A DNA stretch of 64,000 nucleotides from positions 3,255-67,254 of the forward strand of contig DASRDX010000013.1 in the NCBI GenBank assembly GCA_035652395.1, given 5' to 3'. A program made the position numbers and the translations under genes. The notes beneath the pieces were generated by a model. The model had not been told where the DNA came from. It worked only from the letters and a program-made list of their open reading frames with translations, and searched no databases. This DNA is from Minisyncoccota bacterium. Its GTDB lineage: Bacteria > Patescibacteriota > Minisyncoccia > Phycocordibacterales > CAJBRS01. Positions 33,292-43,889 of this stretch are shown here, one piece after another. How positions within the stretch are numbered: position 1 is the first letter of the stretch; each line of letters opens with the position of its first letter.

Positions 33292-36200
33292 ATGACTGTT
33301 GAAATGAGTAAATTCGCAAGCGATATAATGAAGCAAAAATACAGCCATCTTAATAAAGAAGGCGAGGTGGAAAATTGGCAAAACATTGCTTATCGAGTGA
33401 GCAAAAAAGTTTTACAAGCTGTTCGTGCGCCTCATAGCCAAATAGAGGCTACTAGGAAGATAATTGAAAACCGAAAGTTTATTCCCGGCGGCAGGTATTT
33501 GGCTAGTACTGGCAGACTCTTTCACCAAGTGAATAATTGCGGCGCAGGAGAAACTAGGGTAGTTACCAAAGAAGGAGTCAAGACCCTTAAAGAATTGTCA
33601 GGAACTAAACCTACTCTTATGACCACAAATGGGACATGGGTAGAGGCAGACGTGAAAAGTTTTGGAAAGCAGCCTTTACTTAGAGTGCGTATTCGCAGAG
33701 ACAAGTATGAAAAAGATTTGTACATGACCCCCGAACATTCTTGGAGAATAGCCAAGTATTATAGCAATGGTAGGTGTGCCCACAAGGTAGAAGTATTGAC
33801 AAAAGACCTGAAACCAGGAGATATGTTGTGGCAGGTTTTCGGATACGGAGCGAAAAGAACGCCGATTAGTATTGATGGAATTAGGCACGGCATTGTTTTC
33901 GGGAGTAGCGGTTCTGAAGTCGTGTTATGTGGAAAGAAGAACCTTGAGATTTTGAAGTTTTTCAAGGGTTATAAATTAAAAAAACACGAATCGGGAGTGA
34001 AAGTTTCGGGACTCCCAAAAACTTATAAGGATTTACCGTCTCTTCAAAATGATAGGTCATATCTTTTAGGCTGGCTGTGTGGATACTTTGCCGCAGACGG
34101 ATGCGTGTCTAAAGACGGGAAAATTGAATTAGCTTCTACAAATCTAAAAAATTTGGAGCGTGTTAGAGAAATTTGTTACGTTATCGGCATCGGCACTAAA
34201 AATATTAGGAAGCAGGTAAGAATTTCTAATCTAACTAAAAAGACATCTGTTATTTATTATTTACCATTTATACCTAGTACACTTTCAAAAAAATTCTTTT
34301 TAATTTCTAAGCACAGGGAAAATTTCAAAATTAAAAAGACCCCAATTTGGTCTGTTGTTTCAGTAAATAAAACCAACAGATTTGAAGAAGTGTTCTGTGC
34401 AATTGTTCCTGAAACTCACGAGTTTGTGCTAGAAGATAACATCCTTACGGGTAATTGTTTCTTGTTCAGGGCTGAAGATTCGCGCGAAGGTTGGGCGGAT
34501 TTAATGCACAAAATTACCTTAGCTCTAATGACAGGCGGAGGAATCGGAGTTGACTATTCCGATGTGCGGGAAGAAGGACGTATAATCAGAAAAACAGGCG
34601 GTAAGTCAACAGGCCCGTTGGCTCTTATGCAAATGGTCAATGAAGCTGGGCGATTTATTATGCAAGGCGGAAGCCGACGTTCGGCTATTTGGGCTGGACT
34701 TAATTGGAAACATCCCGACATACAGAAGTTTATAAGAATGAAAGATTGGTCAGAAGTTGTAAAGTTGGAAAAAACTAAAAATTTCAATTTTCCGGCTGTC
34801 TTGGATATGACCAATATATCAGTTCTTTTGGATGATGAGTTTTTTGAGGCTTACCATAATGAAAAACACGAACAACATGTTTTGGCAACGTCGGTATATT
34901 GGTCAGCAATCAGGCACATGCTTGAAACGGGCGAGCCTGGATTTTCAATTGACGTCGGAAAAAATTCCCGCGAAACGCTTCGTAACGCGCCAATATGCGG
35001 GGATGTTTGGGTTCTGACTTCCGAAGGATATAAAGAAGTAAAAGCCATAATAAATAAGCCAGTGACAATATGGACAGGAAAGCGGTGGGCGTTGAATGTC
35101 GTGTTTCAAAAAACAAAGTCCGATGCTCCCATTGTTAAAGTAAAAATGACTGGCGGGCGATATATTCGTTGCGATGAAAGCCATGAATTTCTAACGGGCA
35201 GCGAAGGATTTTTTAGGGTTCCTGCCAAGGACCTCAAACCCGGAGATGTTTTGTACACAGCCTTGAACTATCCCGAACAAAAAACTAAGTTTCATTTAGA
35301 TTCTTATATTTTGGGTTATATGTATGGAGACGGAACATTTAATAAAAATGGAACGGCAGAGATAACTTTTTGCACTGAAAAGTCCATAAAATGTGCTAAA
35401 CCCATGTCGCGGTCTAGTATTTTTTCGAGCATGAACCGCAACTCCAAAGGATATTTAAGAGCTTATTTTAAGAAAAGTGATTTTTGGTCGGGCAGAAACA
35501 AATCAACATTTCCAAAGGATGTGTACGCTTATGACCAACATAAGGCATTAAGTTTCGTGGCTGGTTTGTTTGATTCTGATGGAAATTATGAATCTAAACA
35601 GAATCGTATTCGATTAGCATCTAAGCACGAAAGTTTTTTGAGGGGCGTAGCTAGATTATTGGAACAATTTGGAATTTTTGCTGGAGTTACAAAAGCGGGC
35701 ATTTCTACTTTTGGCAAGTCTCAAGGCTATCAGCTTGTGGTAATGTCTGAGTACAATGATATGTTTTCTAAATTGATTCCCACAATTAGAGTAAGGCCGA
35801 GAAAACAGAAACAGAGCAACCGCCACTCTGTTATTAAAGTAGTGAGTGTCGAATCGGATGGAGTGGAGGATGTATATTGCGCCGATGTTCGTGTGGATGA
35901 ACACAGTTTTCAAGCCGAGGGTGTTATAATTTCCAATTGTACGGAGATTACTAGCTCTGACGATTCCGACGTTTGTAATTTAGGTTCAATTAACATGGCT
36001 AGAATTGAATCGCTAGAGGAAATGGAGCGTGTAGTTGAACTTGGTTCGGCATTTCTCTTGGCGGGAACTGTGTATTCCGACGTTCCATTTGCTGCTATAG
36101 ATAAAGTGCGCAGCAAGAATCGTCGTCTTGGCCTAGGACTTATGGGGCTGCACGAATGGCTCCTAAAGAAAGGAAAGAAGTACGGGCCGGATGAAGAATT

Positions 36201-36801
36201 AGCAAAATATTTGGAAATTTATGCGAAATCAGGAAAGATGGTAGCACCTTATGTCAAAAAATGGGAGCTAAGTCAGCCTGTAAAAACTAGAGCAATAGCG
36301 CCGAACGGGACGATAGGAATCATAGCTGAAACTACTACAGGCATCGAACCTATATTTTGTGCCGCCTATAAGCGACGATATTTGAAAGGGGATGTTTGGC
36401 ACTTTCAATATGTCGTTGACCCGACAGCCAAGAGGCTCTTAGATTCAGGAGTGCCGTTGGAATTGATTGAAGATGCTTACGACTTGGCTAAAGATGTCGA
36501 AAGAAGAGTGGCATTTCAAGCATGGGTTCAAGAGTATGTGGACCATAGTATCAGTAGTACAATTAATCTTCCAAAATGGGGTTCTGAACTAAACAATGAA
36601 AATAAAGTCAGGAATTTTGGTGACATGCTAATAAAATATCTTCCGAAATTAAGAGGAATAACAGTGTATCCCGACGGCTCAAGACCGGGACAACCGTTAA
36701 ATCCTGTTCCTTTGGCTGTTGCTTTGTCTCAAGAAGGACATGTATTCGAGGAATCTGGCAGTACAGTTTGCGACATAACAAAAGGAGGAGAATGCGGATG
36801 A
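33292..36801 (+). CDS. nrdJ: Class II (B12-dependent) ribonucleotide reductase with two inteins
   Basis: PGGRYL, NN|CF, GGGIG, RRSA, LRNA|CTEI, CNLGS, APNGT, SSTINLP, YPDGSR, C-terminal CxxxxxxxC. Confidence 0.93.
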   Translation: MTVEMSKFASDIMKQKYSHLNKEGEVENWQNIAYRVSKKVLQAVRAPHSQIEATRKIIENRKFIPGGRYLASTGRLFHQVNNCGAGETRVVTKEGVKTLKELSGTKPTLMTTNGTWVEADVKSFGKQPLLRVRIRRDKYEKDLYMTPEHSWRIAKYYSNGRCAHKVEVLTKDLKPGDMLWQVFGYGAKRTPISIDGIRHGIVFGSSGSEVVLCGKKNLEILKFFKGYKLKKHESGVKVSGLPKTYKDLPSLQNDRSYLLGWLCGYFAADGCVSKDGKIELASTNLKNLERVREICYVIGIGTKNIRKQVRISNLTKKTSVIYYLPFIPSTLSKKFFLISKHRENFKIKKTPIWSVVSVNKTNRFEEVFCAIVPETHEFVLEDNILTGNCFLFRAEDSREGWADLMHKITLALMTGGGIGVDYSDVREEGRIIRKTGGKSTGPLALMQMVNEAGRFIMQGGSRRSAIWAGLNWKHPDIQKFIRMKDWSEVVKLEKTKNFNFPAVLDMTNISVLLDDEFFEAYHNEKHEQHVLATSVYWSAIRHMLETGEPGFSIDVGKNSRETLRNAPICGDVWVLTSEGYKEVKAIINKPVTIWTGKRWALNVVFQKTKSDAPIVKVKMTGGRYIRCDESHEFLTGSEGFFRVPAKDLKPGDVLYTALNYPEQKTKFHLDSYILGYMYGDGTFNKNGTAEITFCTEKSIKCAKPMSRSSIFSSMNRNSKGYLRAYFKKSDFWSGRNKSTFPKDVYAYDQHKALSFVAGLFDSDGNYESKQNRIRLASKHESFLRGVARLLEQFGIFAGVTKAGISTFGKSQGYQLVVMSEYNDMFSKLIPTIRVRPRKQKQSNRHSVIKVVSVESDGVEDVYCADVRVDEHSFQAEGVIISNCTEITSSDDSDVCNLGSINMARIESLEEMERVVELGSAFLLAGTVYSDVPFAAIDKVRSKNRRLGLGLMGLHEWLLKKGKKYGPDEELAKYLEIYAKSGKMVAPYVKKWELSQPVKTRAIAPNGTIGIIAETTTGIEPIFCAAYKRRYLKGDVWHFQYVVDPTAKRLLDSGVPLELIEDAYDLAKDVERRVAFQAWVQEYVDHSISSTINLPKWGSELNNENKVRNFGDMLIKYLPKLRGITVYPDGSRPGQPLNPVPLAVALSQEGHVFEESGSTVCDITKGGECG
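33538..34455 (+). mobile_element. Intein 1 (306 aa) in RNR, LAGLIDADG-type
   Basis: CGAGETRVVT...TPEHSW...GYFAADG...VFCAIV...ILTGN|C. Confidence 0.9.
34990..35937 (+). mobile_element. Intein 2 (316 aa) in RNR, Pro1, LAGLIDADG homing endonuclease
   Basis: PICGDVWVLT...DESHEF...LGYMYGDG...AGLFDSDG...VYCADV...IISN|C. Confidence 0.88.
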
Positions 36802-37202
36802 ACATTAATGAGTATCAAAAATTAGCGGAAACAACCGAATCTAAGGATTTCGATAAGATTTCCGAACGGCTGACAGTGGATAACATACGTTTTCTTCACG
36901 CAATTTTGGGTTTGGCTAGCGAATTGGGGGAGCTAGCGGACCAATTGAAGAAACATATTTTCTACGGCAGGCCACTAGATAAAATCAATCTGTCGGAAGA
37001 AGCGGGGGACCTTGTGTGGTATTTGGCTCTTGTGTCCAATGTGCCCGGTATGCTATCATTGGAAGAAACACTAGAAAGAAATATAGCGAAGCTAAAGGCT
37101 AGATATGGAGAGAAATTCTCTGAATTTTATGCCGCGAACAGAAATTTAGATAGTGAAAGAAAAATTCTAGAAGGTGGCAATCGAGGAATCTGCGTAAGAT
37201 AG
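36798..37202 (+). CDS. MazG-like nucleotide pyrophosphohydrolase
   Basis: LGLASELGE...KK..F...EEAGDLVWY...NIAKL.ARY. Confidence 0.88.
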   Translation: MNINEYQKLAETTESKDFDKISERLTVDNIRFLHAILGLASELGELADQLKKHIFYGRPLDKINLSEEAGDLVWYLALVSNVPGMLSLEETLERNIAKLKARYGEKFSEFYAANRNLDSERKILEGGNRGICVR

Positions 37203-37205
37203 AAA

Positions 37206-39446
37206 ATGTGCCTATATATTGACTTCGAGACTAAATCGGAAGCAGACTTAGAAGAAGTCGGCTTGCACAACTATGCCACACACAAAAGTACTAGTGTGTT
37301 AATGTTGGCATGGGCTGTCGGTGATGAAGAACCGAATATTTGGGAGCCTCCATCAGATATGCCCGAACGGCTCCGTTCCATGTTGTTAGACCCGAAAGTT
37401 GATATTGTGGCATATAATTCTTCGTTTGAACGGTATATTCTGAAGTATGTTCTTGGAATCGAGATTCCGATTTCTCGGTTCCAAGACCCCCAAGCCAGTG
37501 CTAGATATTTATCATTACCCGCGTCCTTGGAAGACGTGGGAATCGTTTTAAATCTACCAGCAGAACTTCAAAAAAATAAGCGCGGAGAAGCCTTGATTGA
37601 ACTATTCTCATATCCCAAAAAGAAAAAGAAAAGCGACGCGGTGTTTTTTTATGACAAAACAACTCATCCTAACGAATGGGAAGAATTTAAGAATTATGCC
37701 AAACAGGATATACGAGCGGAACGAGAGATAGCACGTCGAGAGTCTTTGTTGGGAGCCTATCCGCTACCTAAAAAAGAAAGAGAAGTGTGGATATTGGACC
37801 AAAAAATAAACGACCGAGGTATTCCCTTAGATTTGAATTTTGTGTCCAATGCTTTTTCCATAGCCGAAAAAGATAAACAGAAAAAAATCGAAGAACAAAA
37901 TAGATTAACTGGACTAGAGAACGCCAATTCGCCTATACAACTTCTTAAATGGGTGCAAAATCTTGGCTATCCTTTGAATAATCTCAGAAAATCTAACATA
38001 GAAATTATTCTTAAAAATAAACAGGAACGCGCTCCAAATTTACAGCCGTTAGCGGAAAAAGTGTTGCAGGCAAGAATGGAAGCGGGGAGCACAACCTATA
38101 AAAAACTGCAATCCATGATTAGAAATGTTTCATCGGATGGTGTTTTAAGAAATCAATTTGTCTATATGGGCAGTTCTAGATGCGGAAGATGGTCGGGAAA
38201 TTCTGTTCAGCTTCAAAATTTAGCTAGACCTGATTCGGTATTTGAGAACATAGACAACGTAAATAAAGCCAGAAAATATATTTACGACAACGACTATGAG
38301 TCTCTTCTAAAGGAGTTTCCGTCGCATACGCCCCTTCTAGTGATAAAAAATCTTATTAGAACGGTATTTTCTGCTCCCGACGGATACAGATTTAATGTAT
38401 GCGACCTTAATGCTATTGAAACTAGAGTGGCTGCATGGGTGTCTCAATGTTCGCCTCTTTTGAAAGTTTTTGAAGATAAAAGAGACCCGTATATAGATTT
38501 CGCAAGTAAAATTTTTAACGTGACATATGATAGTATTTGGCATGATTTGAAGATTCTTCCAAAAACACCTGAAGGACAAACATCCGACGGAAAGGCTAGA
38601 ACCGCTAAGGCAAAACAAATGCGGCAAATTGCCAAGCCAGGCGTATTGGGTGCCGTATATCGTTTGAGCGGAGGGGATTGGGGAGAAGATAAAAATGGCG
38701 ACGTGATTAAGATGGGACTTTGGGGATACGCCGAAAATATGGGCGTTGATATGACCAAAGAGCAGGCCCAACAAGTCGTGAAAGTGTTTAGGGAAGCCTA
38801 TAAGGAAATAGGCGGCCAACCCGACCTTAACATTGGCTTTTCTGGCGGCATATGGTACTTGCTAGAAAACGCGGTTCGGGACGTTCTAAAAGGAAGTAGG
38901 ACAGTTCGTAAACTTGGACCCGATGACTGTATTGTAATTGATAAACTAACCATAAAAAACCGAAATCCTATTCTTAGAATTAAACTTCCTTCGGGTAGAT
39001 ACTTACATTATTTTGACTCGTCTTTGCAAGAAGTTAAAATGCCGTGGAAAAAGAAAAAAGAAATCGCGGTTGAGTTTGATGAAAGTGGCGAAGGAACAAA
39101 ATTTGAAATTAAAGATGTGGATGTATATAAATTAGGGTTTACCTATTACGGAAAAAATCAGCAAACAGGACAATGGGGTTTAATAATCAGTCACGGAGGG
39201 AAGATTTTTGAAAATATTGTACAAGCTATCGCAAGGGACGTTTTGGCCGAGAAGCTGCTAGAACTCGACGCTAAGGGGTTAAATATAATCGGTCATGTAC
39301 ATGACGAAGGCATTAGCTTAACTTCTGCCGACCCATTTTCTCCGGGGGCCGCCGAAATGGAAAAAATAATGAGTCGTCCTGTATCTTGGGCACTAAGTCT
39401 GCCGTTAGGCGCTGAAGGTTTTGAAGATACATTTTATCACAAATAA
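37206..39446 (+). CDS. Phage family A DNA polymerase
   Basis: Exonuclease IDFET/YNSSFE/YAKQD; GRWSG...QLQNL; DLNAIETRV; RQIAK; VHDE. Confidence 0.9.
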   Translation: MCLYIDFETKSEADLEEVGLHNYATHKSTSVLMLAWAVGDEEPNIWEPPSDMPERLRSMLLDPKVDIVAYNSSFERYILKYVLGIEIPISRFQDPQASARYLSLPASLEDVGIVLNLPAELQKNKRGEALIELFSYPKKKKKSDAVFFYDKTTHPNEWEEFKNYAKQDIRAEREIARRESLLGAYPLPKKEREVWILDQKINDRGIPLDLNFVSNAFSIAEKDKQKKIEEQNRLTGLENANSPIQLLKWVQNLGYPLNNLRKSNIEIILKNKQERAPNLQPLAEKVLQARMEAGSTTYKKLQSMIRNVSSDGVLRNQFVYMGSSRCGRWSGNSVQLQNLARPDSVFENIDNVNKARKYIYDNDYESLLKEFPSHTPLLVIKNLIRTVFSAPDGYRFNVCDLNAIETRVAAWVSQCSPLLKVFEDKRDPYIDFASKIFNVTYDSIWHDLKILPKTPEGQTSDGKARTAKAKQMRQIAKPGVLGAVYRLSGGDWGEDKNGDVIKMGLWGYAENMGVDMTKEQAQQVVKVFREAYKEIGGQPDLNIGFSGGIWYLLENAVRDVLKGSRTVRKLGPDDCIVIDKLTIKNRNPILRIKLPSGRYLHYFDSSLQEVKMPWKKKKEIAVEFDESGEGTKFEIKDVDVYKLGFTYYGKNQQTGQWGLIISHGGKIFENIVQAIARDVLAEKLLELDAKGLNIIGHVHDEGISLTSADPFSPGAAEMEKIMSRPVSWALSLPLGAEGFEDTFYHK

Positions 39447-39450
39447 AATC

Positions 39451-39480
39451 TTGACAATAATATTAACATTATGATATTAT
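39451..39480 (+). promoter_or_regulatory. Sigma70-like promoter
   Basis: TTGACA-18 nt-TATTAT with extended TG. Confidence 0.65.
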
Positions 39481-39498
39481 TATGTTTTGAGGAGCGTT

Positions 39499-40470
39499 AT
39501 GCTAGACAGTCCTGAGTTTATTCCCATATATAACCTTGATGCTTTGAGTGAACAGCAAAGACAAGATTATATAAAAGCAGTTTGTAATTACATCGGCGTG
39601 CCGCCAGAACTTAATTTAGTTATGTTGGCGTATATTGATGAGGGCGACGGCCCCAAGCGTCTAGTCGCTTATGCTAAAAGAGGCGCAACCGAAATTATAC
39701 GGAACAGCAGAGGTATTAACATCATAAATCTTACGCATGATGTGGTGGGCGGCTCTATCGTGTTTACCGCCACGGCAAAAGACAGCAACGGACGCCAAGA
39801 AATATCCACTGGGGCGAAATGGATTAAAGACCTCAGCGGAAAAGCCCTAGACGATGCGATTATGACGGCACAAACAAGGGCATGCCGCAGAGTAACTTTG
39901 CAGTTTGTTGGCGCTGGAATTTTGGATGAGTCCGAAATTAATCCTAGTATATCAGTATCATCAATCGAGACTAAATTCGGTGAAATGTCAAATTTTTCTC
40001 AACCCACTTTAGCCCCTAATTCCGAACCAGCAAAAGCAACGCGACACGATGATTCGGAATTTGAAAGAAAAACGGAAAGCAAAAAACGCGGACGTAAGCC
40101 TCGGATAGTGGATATGGAGTCGTCTTCTGTTTCGTCTCCTGTTCCGCCAATTCCGCCTCCGTCCGTTCCGCCTCCGTCCGTTCCGAAATCTAATCTTAAA
40201 TTATCTGTAGAACAAGTTAAGCCTTTCCGGCAACGTTTATTTAGGATTATAAATGATTATTTGGAGCCAAACGGATTTTTGCCTAAGCTTGGGATGGGCA
40301 ATTCGGATAAAATGAGATTATTTGCATCTTCTATGTTTCCTGAAGTAGAAAATTTATCGGAATTAACAGCCGAACAATGGGAAAGTTTTTTGTCGGCGCT
40401 AGAAAATAAAATTAAAAGTGAGGGAACTGAATCTACAATCAAATACATAGAGAGTGTGGTCGGGCTATGA
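39499..40470 (+). CDS. Putative ssDNA-annealing / recombination protein
   Basis: AIMTAQTRACRRVTL...LDESE motif, Pro-rich linker; next to UvrD and a nuclease. Confidence 0.55.
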   Translation: MLDSPEFIPIYNLDALSEQQRQDYIKAVCNYIGVPPELNLVMLAYIDEGDGPKRLVAYAKRGATEIIRNSRGINIINLTHDVVGGSIVFTATAKDSNGRQEISTGAKWIKDLSGKALDDAIMTAQTRACRRVTLQFVGAGILDESEINPSISVSSIETKFGEMSNFSQPTLAPNSEPAKATRHDDSEFERKTESKKRGRKPRIVDMESSSVSSPVPPIPPPSVPPPSVPKSNLKLSVEQVKPFRQRLFRIINDYLEPNGFLPKLGMGNSDKMRLFASSMFPEVENLSELTAEQWESFLSALENKIKSEGTESTIKYIESVVGL

Positions 40471-42077
40471 AATTAAACGTCCAACAACAAGCCGTTGTAG
40501 AAGCGATAGACGGAGTTTGGGTTGTCATAGCAGGCCCTGGCTCAGGAAAAACTCATTGCTTAGTTGAGCGGCACCTAAATATGTTGTCAAAGGGAATATC
40601 TCATAAAGATATTCTTAATCTTTCTTTCACTAATGCGGCAGCCACGGAAATGGTAAACCGTGTAGGACTTGTGAACGCGGAACAGATTTTTCGCACATTT
40701 CATAGTTATGCGTTGGATTTAATGAAGCGTGAAAGAAGATTCGTTCCATTCCAAATGACAGATGAAATAATTCCCGTCAGAGGAGAAGATTATCAACTGC
40801 TTTTCGAGTTAGTGGATATTTATAAATCAAGAGGAGTAACTAATTTTAGAACTCTGCAAACAGCCATATCTTCATGGAAAAGAGACGGAATAGAGCCTGA
40901 ACAAGCTCTGCGAGAAGCCGTAGGACGTGAGTATTATTTGGCGTTGGCTTACGAAGAGTATGAAAAAAAGTGTCGAGAACGCGGTTGGTTGGATTTCGAT
41001 TCTTTGATTAGAGAAGCGGTTCGCCTTTTGGAAACGAATGAAGAGGTGCGAAATCGAAATAAAAAGAAGTATATTTCCGTGGATGAATGTCAAGATACGG
41101 ATGTGCTTCAGTTTCGGCTCTTGCAACTATTATTTAATGGCAACATTCTTGTAGTAGGAGACGAAAATCAATGCATCTACGAATGGCGTTCGGCCCAATC
41201 AGGAAATTTAAGCAACTTTGCAAGGCTTTTTCCTGGAGCCAAAACGTTGTACCTAGGAAAAAATTATAGAAGCACAAAGAGACTTGTAGAGTTTTTTAAG
41301 TTCATTCTTCCGGTTGATAACGGTATCGCGTCTCATATGATAACCGAAAACGATGAAGGCAAAGACCCAATTCTTATACAATATCCTGATACCGACATAG
41401 AAATAAGAAGAGTATTGGATAAGGCAGTAGAGGACCCTGAAAATTCGGTAATCATAGCTCGAACTAACAGACAGCTTTTTGACGTTCAAAGAATAGCTGC
41501 CGCTAGAAACATAAAATATAAGAATCTAGGCAAAAAAGATTTTTGGGAGCAGAACGAAGTTAAAGTTTTATTGAATTTGGCTAAGACGGTGAACCAACAA
41601 CAAGACGCAAGTTCTGCTTTGAGACAAATTATTGCCGATAACAATTTGTATTACCGATATAGAGATACGGGCGATTTAATGAATAGCGACCCCATAGAAA
41701 ATCTTAATAACGTGGTAAAATTAGCGGCTCAGAAAAACATGAATGTGACCGAATTTCTTAATTACATACGAAAGTTAACGTATGGAAGAAAGAGCCGAAA
41801 AGAAAAAGATTTAACTTTGGCCACCGTCCATCAAGCTAAGGGACGGGAATGGGATAATGTTTTCATTATCGGAGCGGAACAGGGTATAATGCCCCATAAA
41901 AACGGAGAATTGCCCGAAGAAAAACGAATTTTCTTCGTTGCTTGTAGTCGCGCCGCCAAGCATTTGCATATAAGTTGGAGCGGAAGTAAAAGCATGTTTT
42001 TGGAAGATGTGCCGTTCAAATTTTATGAGCCCGAAGAAGATTCGGTAGAGAGGAGTAATGCCTTATTTATACATTAA
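40467..42077 (+). CDS. UvrD/PcrA-like SF1 helicase
   Basis: AGPGSGKT, VDECQD, VGDENQCIYEWR, NYRS, TVHQAKGREW. Confidence 0.92.
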   Translation: MKLNVQQQAVVEAIDGVWVVIAGPGSGKTHCLVERHLNMLSKGISHKDILNLSFTNAAATEMVNRVGLVNAEQIFRTFHSYALDLMKRERRFVPFQMTDEIIPVRGEDYQLLFELVDIYKSRGVTNFRTLQTAISSWKRDGIEPEQALREAVGREYYLALAYEEYEKKCRERGWLDFDSLIREAVRLLETNEEVRNRNKKKYISVDECQDTDVLQFRLLQLLFNGNILVVGDENQCIYEWRSAQSGNLSNFARLFPGAKTLYLGKNYRSTKRLVEFFKFILPVDNGIASHMITENDEGKDPILIQYPDTDIEIRRVLDKAVEDPENSVIIARTNRQLFDVQRIAAARNIKYKNLGKKDFWEQNEVKVLLNLAKTVNQQQDASSALRQIIADNNLYYRYRDTGDLMNSDPIENLNNVVKLAAQKNMNVTEFLNYIRKLTYGRKSRKEKDLTLATVHQAKGREWDNVFIIGAEQGIMPHKNGELPEEKRIFFVACSRAAKHLHISWSGSKSMFLEDVPFKFYEPEEDSVERSNALFIH

Positions 42078-43194
42078 TTCAAAAGGTGTACCTTGGAAAA
42101 AACACAGTTATTCGGCGGGGAACGATTTCGACCAATGCCCCTACAAATATTATTTACGCCGAGTTTTAGGATGGAAGGAAAAAGATAATAAGGCTAGATT
42201 TTTATTTGGCCGAGCGTTAGAAGAAAGTATTGAATTTTATCATAGCCATAATGGAGAAGGCGCGGTTCAAGATTTTTCTCGACGTTGGGCTGAATATAAA
42301 GATGCCCAAAATATAGCCTACACTGATGTTGAAAAAAATTGGGAGACTTGCCTGAAAATTGGAACGGATATGATTAGGTTGTACTCAGCCGTTCAACCAA
42401 AACTTCCGATACCGATAGGGGCAAATTCTATTTTCCAACGTGAATATGCAAAAGAAGTCTTTCCAGGAGACCCGAATTACGGAGAAATTGAAGATGCGGG
42501 CAAAGTTGATATAGTATGCTATACCGACCCGAAACATCCCGCTCTTATTGATAATGGGTGCCAAGCCGCCGTCAGGCCGCTTATTGTTGACATTAAAACA
42601 AGCGCAGTAGATTTTCCCGAGCAGCAAGGAATCGCCGCCTTCGACTCTCAACTTAGAAGGTATTCTTGGCTAACAGGCATTCGGGATGTGGCGTTCCTTT
42701 GGTTCAAGAAATCGCCATTGGGGATAAAACGAGGAAGTAATGTTACACTTTTAGAATCTTTCGGAAATTTGGAAGTCGGAAAAGAATACATCACAGCTAA
42801 AATTGATGACGATTTCGTTTGGCTAGTTATGGCGGATTTCCTAATCAGGGAAACGGATAAAGTTAAAGCCGACGAACAGCAGGCTTGGCTAGAAAAAAAT
42901 GCCGTTCGTGTTCCCAAATCTTCCGTGACCAAACAACGGCTGCAATTTAATTCGGGAATTGTTACAGAGCAATCCGCTGAAGATGCGGGCCGAAACGCGG
43001 CTCGACAGATTGTTCAAATTGTAAACTGTTGGAAAACTGGAAATTGGCCACAAACTTTTGGAATTAGATACCCACGAAACGATAGAGATGACGCATATTT
43101 TAGAGCGTTCGTGCTTGGGGACGAAGTTTTCAAACAGCATAATTTCGTCAAATTAGATGAACAATCATTTGACGAACTGTTTCAAGAGGATTAG
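42058..43194 (+). CDS. PD-(D/E)xK nuclease (RecB/AddB-like)
   Basis: SYS...CPYKY, GKVD, IVDIKTS, QLRRY. Confidence 0.8.
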   Translation: MPYLYINSKGVPWKKHSYSAGNDFDQCPYKYYLRRVLGWKEKDNKARFLFGRALEESIEFYHSHNGEGAVQDFSRRWAEYKDAQNIAYTDVEKNWETCLKIGTDMIRLYSAVQPKLPIPIGANSIFQREYAKEVFPGDPNYGEIEDAGKVDIVCYTDPKHPALIDNGCQAAVRPLIVDIKTSAVDFPEQQGIAAFDSQLRRYSWLTGIRDVAFLWFKKSPLGIKRGSNVTLLESFGNLEVGKEYITAKIDDDFVWLVMADFLIRETDKVKADEQQAWLEKNAVRVPKSSVTKQRLQFNSGIVTEQSAEDAGRNAARQIVQIVNCWKTGNWPQTFGIRYPRNDRDDAYFRAFVLGDEVFKQHNFVKLDEQSFDELFQED

Positions 43195-43451
43195 CAATAA
43201 AATGAAAATGAACACTTTTGTAGTATTCCCTACAGGCGAAAAATTATCAGGGAACGCTCCACATAGTTCTGTATTGGGGGAGACCGTTTTTGGGCCGCGG
43301 TGCGCCGAAGATGAGCTTATAGAATCCATTGACGAAGAAATTATAATCAAAAAATTTCTTGAGTTTTTGGTTAATTGTGGGTATGATTGGGAATCTTTTC
43401 AATTTCTTTCTAAGACAGAACAAAATAAATTAAAAACGGAGTTTTTTAGAG

Positions 43452-43835
43452 ATGTCTAAAGAAAGAGAGGCTCTTTCTAAACTTAGAACGTCTTTAGATG
43501 GCGCAGACTCATTCGTAAATGGCGGCCACAGCATTATTAATGTAGGAGGGGCCACGAAACATGCAGAAAGAATGATGAAGGTGCCGACTTGGGTATTAAG
43601 CGATACAAAAGTGAAAGAGTTAATACAGAAACGATTTCCTAGATTAAATACTAATCGTCGTGAGCATAAAGCGGCCCGTAAAACTGTTTGCGTCATTTAC
43701 TTATATTATCGAGTAGGACTGACCGCTGCCGCCACAGCCGAAGTAATGGGGATGTCAAGAAAAGCAGTAAAGAGGATATTAGAAAGACTAAATGGGTGGA
43801 TAAAAAGTAACAAAACTACACGGTCCGCCTATTGA
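43452..43835 (+). CDS. HTH protein (sigma region 4-like)
   Basis: YLYYRVGLT...AEVMGMSRKAVKRIL. Confidence 0.6.
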   Translation: MSKEREALSKLRTSLDGADSFVNGGHSIINVGGATKHAERMMKVPTWVLSDTKVKELIQKRFPRLNTNRREHKAARKTVCVIYLYYRVGLTAAATAEVMGMSRKAVKRILERLNGWIKSNKTTRSAY

Positions 43836-43889
43836 AGATTTAATTTTTGGGGCGCGAAATTTACGTCCAAAGGAGCTATTTGGGGATAA

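Noticed and set aside
26496-37202. 2-aminoadenine (Z) genome pathway suggested by the HD hydrolase plus MazG
   Set aside because: No PurZ/PurA-like gene in the window; both families are common in ordinary phages
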